Below, piece after piece: positions 48,001 to 60,000 of a DNA stretch of 64,000 nt. Position 1 is the first letter of the stretch, and every line of letters starts with the position of its first letter. The notes under the pieces were generated by a model. The model ran no database searches, was not told the origin of the DNA, and worked only from the letters and a program-made list of their open reading frames with translations. This DNA is from Yuukianura sp. NJ FZ-2021 (lineage: Eukaryota). Made by a program: the position numbers and the translations under genes. The stretch is from contig CM102288.1 in the NCBI GenBank assembly GCA_046563655.1, positions 5,518,001 to 5,582,000 of the forward strand. The letters are read 5' to 3'.

Positions 48001-51000
48001 AAGCGCTATGTAATTAAAAGTAAATCATTTAATGTCATGTACCAGTCGTTCAGCAGTTTCCTTGCTGTTCTGTACACGGTTCCTTATGATTTCGGCCTCT
48101 TCGGCTCGTTCCTTGACTGAAGACAAGACGCGTTCGGCTTCTGCAGACGCCACTTTCAAATCCTCCTCCATTTCTGCCAAGTTTTTCTTCAGCACAGTCA
48201 CACTCACCGCTGCCTCCCGCAACTTCTCCAGCCCAATCTCCATTCTTTTTGTAGAATCTCTCACATCGTTCAACTTGTTGCTGTATACAACTTTATACGA
48301 AGTCAGGAACTTCAGGTATGACTTCGGAGTCACATGGGCAGAACGACGAAGTCTAAGAATAATTAAAATAATAAAGTATTTTTACTAGAAGATTTTCATA
48401 GTTTTACAAATTCTGAGCAAATACTTTTTTAAAAACAGTTTTTTTTCAAAAACCTAACTATTTTTCAAGCTTACCGTTGAGAGTACTCTTCACAGACGTT
48501 GGCGACAGAATCATGGATGGATCCGAGGACGTAGATGACGTTGCGTTTCGTGTCGTCTGAACACTCCATTGGAAAATTCGTGATGAAATGTTCAGCTACT
48601 GCGACTAACGCATTTTTAGGCCACGGTTGGAGCCAGTTAATGGTACAACCGGAAATCAAACTCGGAAACTTCATGGCCCGGTTTCGAAATTTCTCACCAA
48701 CCTAAACAAAAATTTCAAGATTCTTAGACAAATTTAGTTTCTGAAAAATTATCATAACTTACTGGCGAAAAGCAGAGAACGACGTGGAGGTACTGCTTCA
48801 TTCGCGTGATGAAGAAGTTGAATACGTTCTCCGGAGTGGCCGGTTTCTTCGGCATCTCTCGGCGCATGATCGGCGTCAGTTCGGTGATAATCTCAGCATG
48901 TTCATCGCGATTGAACAAGTTGCAGATGAAACCAGAAGACAAAACGTTGTTCAAGTATTCTAAAAACACTTCCTCCTTGATGTCTTGATCGGAGAAAATA
49001 AAAGTTGTGCCTTTCCCCTGTGCTCCACAAGTCCTGTACAAAACTTTCAGATCCTCCAAGAAGTTGCTCAAATTGTAGGACCTGAAATCAAAAATTCCGG
49101 AAACAAATTTAAGAACAATGCAATATTTTCAAAATCCAAATTTGAAATTATCCAAATTCCAGAACAGGGTTCGAAAATTACGGTATTTTTGCCGAAAACT
49201 ACGTAACTTACGTAATTATCGTAACTTACGTAATCTACGTAAGATTGTAATTTTCAAAACAAGCCGCCTGCATCCCACTCCCATCCCCAAACCATAAACT
49301 ATTAATATCTACTATCTAATTGCGTTTAAAATCAAACCAAGGCCTGATAGAAATATACTGCGGTAGGCAATATTTACTACTATTTTATTTTTAAGACTAA
49401 ACTAACACACTTAACGCAATTAACACAAATAGTTCGAGAAACATAACACTAATTAATCCACTGACATCACATCTAACTCTTCCTTAGGCTCGCTGCTCGC
49501 TCTCAACAATTAGACTCTGAAAATGTTAAAGTGAACATGACGTACTTGGCCCAATTGATTCGGAGTCTTTGCCAACGTTTTGATGTTTCTGTAAGTGTGA
49601 TTTCATCCTGTCCGGGGTTCCTGCATGTCTCCAATCACACAACTTACAATTTGCCCAGGGGATCTTACTGCCCGGGTTGGGTTCAAGGTCAAAATCGTTC
49701 CAAATCGGATCTCTGACTCGTGGCATTTCAATAACAGCCAGTTTAAACAACAGAAAGAAAAGCTACGACGAATATCCTGGTATTTTTCGAGCACACTGCT
49801 CGAAAAATATCCTGGTATTTCTCGAGCAGACTGCTCGAGAATTATCCTGGTATTTCTCGAGCAGACTGCTCGAAGAATATCCTGGTATTTCTCAAGCAGA
49901 CTGCTCGAAGAATATCCTGGTATTTCTCAAGCAGACTGCTCGAGAATTATCCTGGTATTTCTCGAGCAGACTGCTCGAGAATTATCCTGGTATTTCTCGA
50001 GCAGACTGCTCGAAGAATATCCTGGTATTTCTCGAGCAGACTGCTCGAGAATTATCCTGGTATTTCTCGAGCAGACTGCTCGAAAAATATCCTGGTATTT
50101 CTCGAGCAGACTGCTCGAAGAATATCCTGGTATTTCTCGAGCAGACTGCTCGAGAATTATCCTGGTATTTCTCGAGCAGCCTGCTCGAAGAATATCCTGG
50201 TATTTCTCGAGCAGACTGCTCGAAGAATATCCTGGTATTTCTCGAGCAGACTGCTCGAGAATTATCCTGGTATTTCTCGAGCAGACTGCTCGAGAATTAT
50301 CCTGGTATTTCTCGAGCAGACTGCTCGAAGAATATCCTGGTATTTCTCGAGCAGACTGCTCGAAAAATATCCTGGTATTTCTCGAGCAGACTGCTCGAAG
50401 AATTTCCTGGTATTTCTCGAGCAGACTGCTCGAGAATTATCCTGATATTTCTCGAGCAGCCTGCTCGAAGAATATCCTGGTATTTCTCGAGCAGACTGCT
50501 CGAAGAATATCCTGGTATTTCTCGAGCAGACTGCTCGAGAATTATCCTGGTATTTCTCGAGCAGACTGCTCGAAGAATATCCTGGTATTTCTCGAGCAGT
50601 CTGCTCGAGAAAAAACCGAAAAAATAATCATCTAAATCACTGCTCTTTTGTTATTTTGGACTTCTCCCGCTCCCCTGACTCCTACGCTGTCTCCCTCCCG
50701 CGTAAAATTCAAAAGAATGAAAATTTCGAAAATTACAACCCCTCTGAAAATTACGTAACTTACGTACGTAAGTTACAGGACGTAAGTTACAGCCTTCGAA
50801 CCCTGTTCCAGAATTCCTTGCCTGGTCAAAGTCACTTGAAAAGTTTTGTATCCAGCTATGAAACTTGAGAGTTTCGTGAGACTTTGTTTGCCCGATCCAC
50901 CAACTCCGACAAGTAATGAGTTCCCGCCAGGACTTCTAATGATTCTAGAAATTTTTACTAAGTTGATCATAGCATCTGAGAAGAAAACGAGATTCATCGG

Positions 51001-54000
51001 AGATCCTCGCACAATTTCATTGTACTGACTGAGGAACATGACCAGCCTCTCCTTCAGTACTTCCAAGTCTTCTATTGGTTCGTACACTTTGGGCAGTTCC
51101 ACGTCTGCATCTTCTCCCTCCTCCCCAGTTGGTTCAGGCGCATCACGCATGAAATCGACAAACAGAATTTGCTTTTTGATCATGTCACGGTGACGCATGC
51201 TCAGATGACTCGTGACGAGCGTGTCCATTTCAGCGTCAAACCATTCTTTGTCACTGGGGTCAATGAACCTGTCTGCCAGGACTCTCACAACTTCGTGGAT
51301 CCAAACTTGCATTACTTCCCGTTCTGAGTCAATCACGGTCGACAGAGTGCCAATCATCCCTTGCCAAATTCTGGACAGGTCACGCAGATTGAAAATGTAG
51401 TGGAACTTGCTAGGCGACGGTTTCAACTCTGAACAAAATCAAAATCAAAATTCAAAAAAAAATATTTTCATTTTTAACGTACCTCGTCGAGTAGATTTCC
51501 AAAGAATCCGCGTGAGTCCAACCAAGTTTGTGACCAAAGCACGAACAGAATCGCTGAATCCGCGTTTTGCACTATAGTGTCCCATTGCAATTGTTCCAAA
51601 AATCTTGTCAATCGATTCGTCCGACGGTAGCGTGCAGTTGAAAACGGAAAAATGGCGCTGAAGTTCAAAACAGAAAATTTAAAAATTCTATTAAAGTTTA
51701 AAATTTTTGAGTCTTTATTTAAAAACTATGAGTTTGACCTTGAGTCTGGATGGAATATCGTTTCTTCCAGCTCCTGGATGAATCATAGCTGCTATGATGG
51801 TGAGATCCACAATATGGATGAAATCTCCCGGTTTTTCTAGACTGTAGAATCCCTTCATCTCAATCGTTTGTCTCACAATTTCGTTGGTCACTTGGTCACC
51901 CCATTCGCTGATTTCTGGCAGGTTGATGTCATCTATAAAAACTGTCATGCGCTTTCCTCCGGTTGGACCGAAAGTGGATCCCACTCTTTTTTCTAAGTAA
52001 GTTTCAATTGTTTTCTGAAACTGGAACGCTGTCGTAGCAAAGGAAAAGTTCATCGTCCTCGTCAACTCTGCCTCGGCGCTGCATGACTTGGTGAAAGAGT
52101 CGATCATAACAGTTTTTCCTGAACCTGATAAAAAAATTTGGAAAGGGAAAGGCCCAAAGTCCATAAGAAAGTTGTCCTGGTGGTATTCAAATTAAATTTT
52201 TACCAGTTGTTAGGGTCCATACTGGGATCATATGTGCAAATTTTCAGACCCCTAGAAACGATAGGTCACGGGTCACAGGGGGTCAAAGGTCACCATGTCA
52301 TCCTATGACGACCCCATGCAAGTAGCATATCGTTGGAACGGGCTTGACCTCCTGATTCAGAAAATGTATATATGTCGCTATCTGCAACGTAAGACAACAA
52401 AGTTACTGCGACTTTAAGTTTGAAACCCATGTCGCAATCTATCTCCAATTTCAGACTGCGACATCTTACATGCAGTAACTTTGTTGTCTTACGTTGCAGA
52501 TAGCGACATATATACATTTTCTGAATCAGGAGGTCAAGCCCGTTCCAACGATATGCTACTTGCATGGGGTCGTCATAGGATGACATGGTGACCTTTGACC
52601 CCCCTATGACCCGTGACCTATCGTTTCTGGGGGTCTGAAAATTTGCACATATGATCCCAGTATGGACCCTAACAACTGGTAAAAATTTAATTTGAATACC
52701 ACCAGGACAACTTTCTTATGGACTTTGGGCCTTTCCCTTTCATTTCTCCACATCTTTTATTAAAAAAAAAGTTTAATTTTTTTTCGTTATATTAAAAAAA
52801 ACAGCAATGATGATGTACGTCCGTAACTCACCTTGTTCTCCAATCAAAAGTACAGGCTTATGCTAGAAGAAATGAAACATGAATTAAAAACCAACAAAGT
52901 TCATTTCTTTATTTTTTCGAAATTTAACCTGTTTTGCGATTGTGCTGATGAAGAAGTTGGTTCGGAGTGTGTCGATGTTCGGAACCAAAATTGAGGAAAA
53001 CTCGTTGATGTAATTTTCCGGAAAAATGTAGTCGTCCAGTTTGTTTTTCCAGGGAATCCACTCGTCCCCTTCCATAACAAAGTCAAACACTGTCGATCCG
53101 TCAGTCGTTTCTGGCAGCGGCAGATGAAAGTCTCCTACGCCAACACGTAGAAACTGATCCAATTTGACACGGTCTTCCGTTTCCAAAAAAGCTCCGATGC
53201 TCCACACGACAGCAAAAACGTAAATTTTCTTCACTTCAGATTCAACTATTTTTTTATCCGACGAAGTGACCAACGTTCGCAGAGCCTCCTCCTCCTCCTC
53301 ACTTTGTGGCAACAGCCCCTCCATCAAGGTCAGCATCTGAAACAATTAAAGAATCATCATAACATTTACTAATTCAATACATTTTAGTATTAGTTTAATA
53401 TTTTTATTATATTTTTATATAGATTTGACCTGAAAAACGATATTGCACTCCAGAATGGGCATTTTGAAAATGAGAGTTTGGCGTGCCCAGTCGTAGGTTT
53501 TGAAAAATGAGGCTTCAATGCACAAGCGCAGAATGGTGGCAACGCGGTGGTTCCTCTGCTTCAACCAAGCTTCCACGATTGGACTCCAGTTCAATCCAGA
53601 TGAACTCATGTAGACCTGCGTGTAGCACAACAGTTTTTTGTTGTATACTAATGTGAAACCGAGTCCTTCTGTGTGTCACGGTACTCCATCGAGACCGAAC
53701 CGATGTGTCCATTAACAAGTGTTGAACTTGACTGGGCGAAACCCCAGCAAGAATGTGAAGCATTCTAGTTATTTATGATATAAAATATTGTAAAATTGTG
53801 AAAACCTTACCATTCCGTTTCGAGAGACGGTTGCGGGCGAGGCGTTGTCAATGTTGTGTGGCTCAAAGATGACTTTGCAAGTGGGAGCCATCGGAAGACG
53901 ATCTCCATTGGCCAAAGTCAAGGTTTTGTTGTCATCCAAAACACTGTTGAGGTTCTCAATCCAAATGGAATCCACAGGACCATCCAGAACCAACCAAATA

Positions 54001-57000
54001 TGATCTCCTGCTCAATCACAATGGTCATAAAAATAAACAAATGAATAAAAATTGTCAAAAAATTCGTTCAATTCGTTTTAAGAAAAGTCTCACCCTGCCC
54101 TTTCTTGGCTCGCAAAGTTTTTCGCCACAAAGCTGAAAAAATTCCATCCGTCCAGTCGTTTGTGGCGACATCTGAAAAAAGGCGGGAAAAACTTATTTGT
54201 ACGAAACACAAATCTCCAATATTTTAAAGTAACAAACTCACCCAGCCTTCCAAACATTTGATGAGCCGTTATCTAAAACAAATTCAAAATTTTAATACTA
54301 AAATTCAAGAAATTCAAAATTTTGAAACGAAAATTAAAAAATCATCTTTGAGAAATATTCGATTTCTCTCTCACAGCTTTTGGATTCATCCGGAGCTCCC
54401 TAGAAGAATTAATCATAACAAAGCATTTTTATAAAATAATTTATTTATTTATTAGTTAAAGTTAATTAACTTTTTTTTTGCTTACCTATGCGGAGTACCC
54501 AGAGCAGTAAGTGCCTTCATCAACGAATGAATGCATGAAGTTTTTCCAGCTCCAGCTACAAACAAAAATGTCACAAAAAATGTCAAAATTCCCACTGAAA
54601 TTTTTCTTCCGTTTGTCAAATTTTTCAAATCGTTTTTACCTGGACCGAGCGTCATGATGCCATGTCGAACTTGTTGCGTCTCGTACAACTGCGGCAAAAC
54701 ACAATTTCAAAAATTTGTACCGACTTTTTTTTTACCGCCAAAATGGGGCTTACTTGAACCAACTTGAGAACCCATGGCTCATGGTAGACGAGACCCTGCA
54801 GTTCCACTTGCTGCTTGATTGCTTGCTCCAAGTCGGGGTGACTCGTCTTCTCAAACACAACGTTCGGAAACAGATCCATGATCAGAGACATGAACAACGG
54901 CTCGTCCTCGTCTGCCAACATTCAAAAGTTATCACAAACAAAGTAAAAAAATATTTTTTTTTTCAAAAAATTAGAAAAACGAAGTACCGATGAGTTTTGA
55001 GAGATTCATGTCCCTCAGAACGCGCATGACAATGATGCTTTCGGCGTCTTTGGAGTTGGCTCGTTTAGTCGTTCCGAGTGTCCTCAGCACAGACAAAATA
55101 TTTCTGAGGCCAAAGTCATAGTGAACTTGTTTTGTCAACTGCTCTTCACACAGTTTGTACAAAGTGTAGAACTTCCGTGCTAAAGTAATGTTTTCTAAAA
55201 ACCCACAACTTGCCAACTTCACTCGAATGATAATCTGTCGATCTGGGACCATCTACAATTTCAAAATTTCAAAATTTTGAAAAACTTTAGCTTTATTCAA
55301 AAACAAACCACAAAAGCAACAAAAAAAATCACCAACCATAGCCACCGTCCTGAACTGAATTTTCAAATTCTCTGGAAGTTCCTGCCTCCCGGCATATCCC
55401 GGATTCTGTCCAAATAAAATCAATCAATTCTGCATTTGTTCTAAATCAAATTTTCAAAATTTGGAAAAAAAAAAAAAAAAACTTGTTTTTTCAAAAGGCT
55501 GACCATTGTGAGGAAAATCCCAAATTCGGTGTTGAGTTCCACAAGATCTCCATCTGTAAAAATGAAGTGTTTCTTCCTCTCTCTTCGACATCCCAAAACA
55601 ACCGCAATTTGTTGCGCAGCAACAGACAGAACAGGGAGGTCAATCCTGTTGAACTCATCAAAGCACCCCCAACTGTAAAGATCAAGGTCACAAAAGTTCA
55701 AGGTCATGCAAGGTCAAGGTCAATTGGTTCATTTAATGATCTAATAACTATGTGTATTGTTAACTTACGATCCGCTTTGTGCTAGTCCCTTGTAAATCCG
55801 TCCAAGTCCCTTGTAGTCCATTTGATCCGAACAGTTGAACACCACCACATATTTTCCCAGCGTTTTTCCCATGTCCTTCACCGTCTCTGTCTACAAAGTA
55901 TTGGAGTCCAAAATAAGTTAAGAATTTTGACTTTTCTAACAAGAATTTCCTAAAACTAAAAATTTTGAAATCGATTTTCAACTTACTTTCCCAGTGCCTT
56001 CGAACCATGGCAAGCATAAAAAATATTTAAATTTTAAGTACAGCAATAATTTTTTTTTGAAAACATACCTGCAGGGCCGCTGCTGCATCCTCCCATGCTC
56101 AGACTCAGAGCTTGTGCCAGCGTAATGTAACACCTTTTCAAAAGTGCCAAGGTTCAAAATTTCCCCAAATTTTTGAGAACATGAACATTTTTGATAGGAA
56201 TTTGACCTGTCAGTGAGCGGCGTATGACACAGACGTTCTGCACATCCGAGGTATTCATTTTGGTAGACAAAGTACACATCCGTGATGTAGATTTCAGTAA
56301 TGTCCGAATCCTCTTTGAAGTAAGATCGACACTGCTTCACCCACTCAAAGTCCGTCAGAGATTTCACGCTCATACGACACTAAAAAAGGCAAAACGCAAA
56401 GTTTTATGAAATCTTACAAAATTTTACGAAATCTTTCAAGTTTTTTAGTTTTTGACAAAAACTCCTAACCAGTCCATCAAAAATGTCTCTTGAGTGGACA
56501 TGTATGGTGATGAACGTCTCAAATTTGATTCTCTCAATCTTTGTTAAATTTTTGGTCGTTTGGTCGATGAGATTGTTGAGGATGTCTAGGAACTTGCTGT
56601 TCACTTCCTGCATGATTTTACGGTCATGTCGAGCTTGCTGCAGAGCAGACTCTGACAACTTCGTCCACACCAACTGCAGGGCCAAAATTCCAACCTAAGA
56701 AAAAAAAACATTAAAAAAAAATTAAAACCTTAATTTTTTTGGTTTTTGTTTTAGTTGGACCGCTAAATTTCTAAACAACATGAAAACTTTCGGTTTGGTT
56801 TATGAACCGGTTTCTTTAGTTCGTATCTTAGTTTTTCGGATCACAAGTTTGTAACAATGCACAAGTTTTTCTATGAGTAATCTTACGTAAAATTGGTGCA
56901 CACTTAAAAAACAGACAAGCAAATTCCACATTTCAAGTGCACATGTTACAACCGCAAATTTTGTGAGTAGAAGACTTTTCAATATTTCCGTGCTTCACTC

Positions 57001-60000
57001 ACTCACTCACAAAAAACTTCACTCAACTATATTCAGGAATTGGTGAAACATCGCTGCACAAAATTTGAAAAATGTGCAGCATGTATGCATACTTGCACCG
57101 TTTTGGATCAAAAGTTTGTAACAAATGCACTACTTCTATGCACTACTGTCCATCTCAAAAAGATGTACAGTTTTCAAAATTCAAAACCAAAGTGTCAAGT
57201 TTTTTAGTACATACTTGTGCTGGCAGTCCTTCCAGAAGTTCGTTCATATTATAATCTGGTTCACATGTGGCGACATGAGCTTCTCGAATTATTCCTTGGA
57301 TGGACTTTCTGGAAGTATTCAACAGTTGGTTCAGCCAAATCTCGACACTTCCTTCTGCGTTGACTGGTCGCTCCAACTGAAACAAAATAAAATGTTATTA
57401 ACTTTTCTTCAAATTCTTGATTTTGTGTTTTTAAGTTTGAAAGTGTCTTACTTTGATGGTTTCTCCTTCTGATGAGTTGATTGCTATGATTCTGTTGTAG
57501 TGTGTTTCATGGAACGTGACCGTGGAGATGTTGTCGAAGATTGACAGAAGATGTGACTGGATCGTGTGTGAGTCCGATGCTTGTCCAAGTATTTCCAGAA
57601 GTGCTGGATCCGAAACAAAGAAAAATCGGGGGAAAAGGAGCCGCTTCTTCTCCAAGTATCCGCTGAGCGATTTCTGGCAAATCTCAAGTTCCTGTTGGAG
57701 GTGCGGCAGGAGTTGTTTCTGTTCAAACGGAAAAAAAAAAATTTCACACACATTTTACAATTAAATTCAAAATTTCTTAACAAAATTTGTGTTTCTTCAT
57801 TAAAATTCAAGAATGTAAGAATGTTACTTTACCAAGTTATCGTCTCCAACAGCACAGGAAACGACGCTTGGCGTCTCGTGTGCCCTCTGCATGATCCTCT
57901 GCCACGAATAATCGATTTTACTAAACCTATTTTCAAAAAAATTATAGAAGTTATAGAAAATATATAATTTATGACGTCACTTTTCAAACTTTTCAGTTTT
58001 ACAAAATTTATAAACACAGCCCAGAAGTTTCATAATTGAGAAAAGTTTGGAAAGTGACGTCACAGATTTCGAAATGAACCAATCACGGGAACCGTAACAA
58101 AGCGGGTTACGGAGGGTGGAAAGGGGCGGGGCTTTACTAAATTCTATATTTTCTATAAACTCTATTTGAAAATCCAAAATCCTATTAAAAAATAAATATT
58201 CAATTTGAATTTTTTTTTGAAAGCCTTGTTTTGAAAAGTTTTTTCTGTCTTGTTCTACTGACCTCTTGGCTTCTTTTGGAAGTTGCTTCGCAATGTCACC
58301 TCCGACAAACACCGCTTCCAGGTACACCCACATGTTCTGGACGAGGAGCCACCGCTCCAGGATTTCGTTAGTGTTGGACAGATCACTGACCCACTTCTGG
58401 ATATTTTTTTTAAACGGTGCATTATATCTATTGGACAGAAGAGAACCCAGGATCATCAAACTATCTTCCAGTTGACTAATGGTCTCGGCCGTTGTGTCTC
58501 CGCGCAGAAGCAGTTCTCCACGGGTCTTGAATGACACAAAGGTCAACTCATTCAGAGACCAGTCGTTCGTCACTTGTCTCAACTTGGCTTCTATGTCACG
58601 CTCCTTCATGGCCGAGATACACACATCTTCAATGTCTTCCTTGAACTGGAGCAGAGGAGCGTCCAGAATGTCCTTGAGACACAACGATTCATTCTCAAGG
58701 TCAAACTCGTGCTTGGTCGTTTCCATAATTTTCTGCCAGTGACGCTGTTTCATGGCCTTGTTGGACATGAGTTCTAGCAGGGGACAAATGTCATTGAAAT
58801 CGTCAATTGTCTTCTTCAAAGCAAAAAATGCTGGCCACTCCTTCAGTCCTTTCGGCAGTTTTCGACACCTGAAAAACCAGAATTGAAATTCTATCACTTT
58901 TTTTTATTGAAGTTCAAAAACCTGAAATTCTTCAATATAATTTGGAAGGGAGTGCAGCAGTAGTAAAACAAGAGAAAAGTTGAAAATAGGAAACCGGGTG
59001 ACTTTGGAACATTCAAATTTTTGAGATTTTTTTTGAAATCTTGACCTGTTTTGAAACTCGAGTAGTTCGTTGTTGATTTCTTCAATGTTGACCTCCTTCC
59101 ATAAAATGTCGTAATAGCTGGCCACTCGGTCAATGACATCGTTGTACAGTCGGTACAGCTTTTGAAGTAAGTTGAGCTCCTTCTTGATACTTGTCAACTC
59201 CGTGATTTCCTGTGGCGGCAAACCAAACAGTTGCTGGCCACTGGCAAGCTGAGTATTTCGACGCCAGAGGGCATCAAACCGATTCTGAAAAACAAAATCC
59301 TTTTTTGAAAAATCTTTTTCAAAAAGTGAAAAGTTTTCAAAAATTTATTATTTTAATCAACTTGTACCTGAAAGTAAGCCAGCTTGTCCGACGCTTCCCT
59401 TGGACTGAGTCCAGTCACCATTGGCCCTTCATCAAGGTACGAAGTGCAGAAAGTCGTGCATTCCTGTTTGAACGAAGTGAGACTAGATTGCAATTGGCGT
59501 TGAAAAGTCGGATGAAGTCTGTCCACGTTCCCTGATTGGTTAAAAGTTGTATAAAAATTAGATATGTGCATAAAAAAGTCAATCCAGGCACTGGGTATCG
59601 AACCACAATCACTTTGATAAAACTTCAAAGGATTAACCAGAGGGCCAGGATCACATTTTTTTCTGAAATCTGTTACAGTTACTTAATTTTTTTTTCATCC
59701 TAACCGGACAAATTATTGGCGGAATATCTCAGCTTCCGAAACAGATATGAAAGACTATCTGATTCTTCCAGCTCCTCCGTCGTCGCTGGAATGTTGTATT
59801 TGGTGACAACGAAAAACGCTTCTTCGATTGGCGGAATTTTCAAATCCAGATCAGTTTCCGCTTCTCGAAATTTCTGTAAAGCCTCCATAGCTAATCTTAC
59901 GTCTTCAATATCTTCAATCTTTGCGTCCAACCGTGACTGGAAACTCTGAAGAGCCAGAATCACGGTTTCCATTTCCCGCTTGTAACGATTCTTTAGAGCC

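Larger units (their letters stand above)
49165..50805 (-). mobile_element. Internally deleted hAT DNA transposon with BED zinc-finger remnant, in a dynein intron
   Basis: 11-bp TIR CAGGGTTCGAA...TTCGAACCCTG; 8-bp TSD TTCCAGAA (49157-49164, 50806-50813); subterminal TACGTAAC/TTACG motifs at both ends. Confidence 0.9.

Noticed and set aside
49771..50610. CRISPR-like array of 35-bp palindromic repeats
   Set aside because: Units abut directly with no unique spacers, there are no cas genes, and the context is a eukaryotic intron; it is a tandem satellite.
49625..50635. 336-aa and 316-aa plus-strand ORFs
   Set aside because: Products of a stop-free 35-bp repeat read in shifting frames; no evidence of real coding function.
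54095..54101. Possible GG donor after dynein RAKKG
   Set aside because: A canonical G|gtgaga donor 6 nt further on keeps the frame with a 2-aa insertion, so no non-canonical site is needed.
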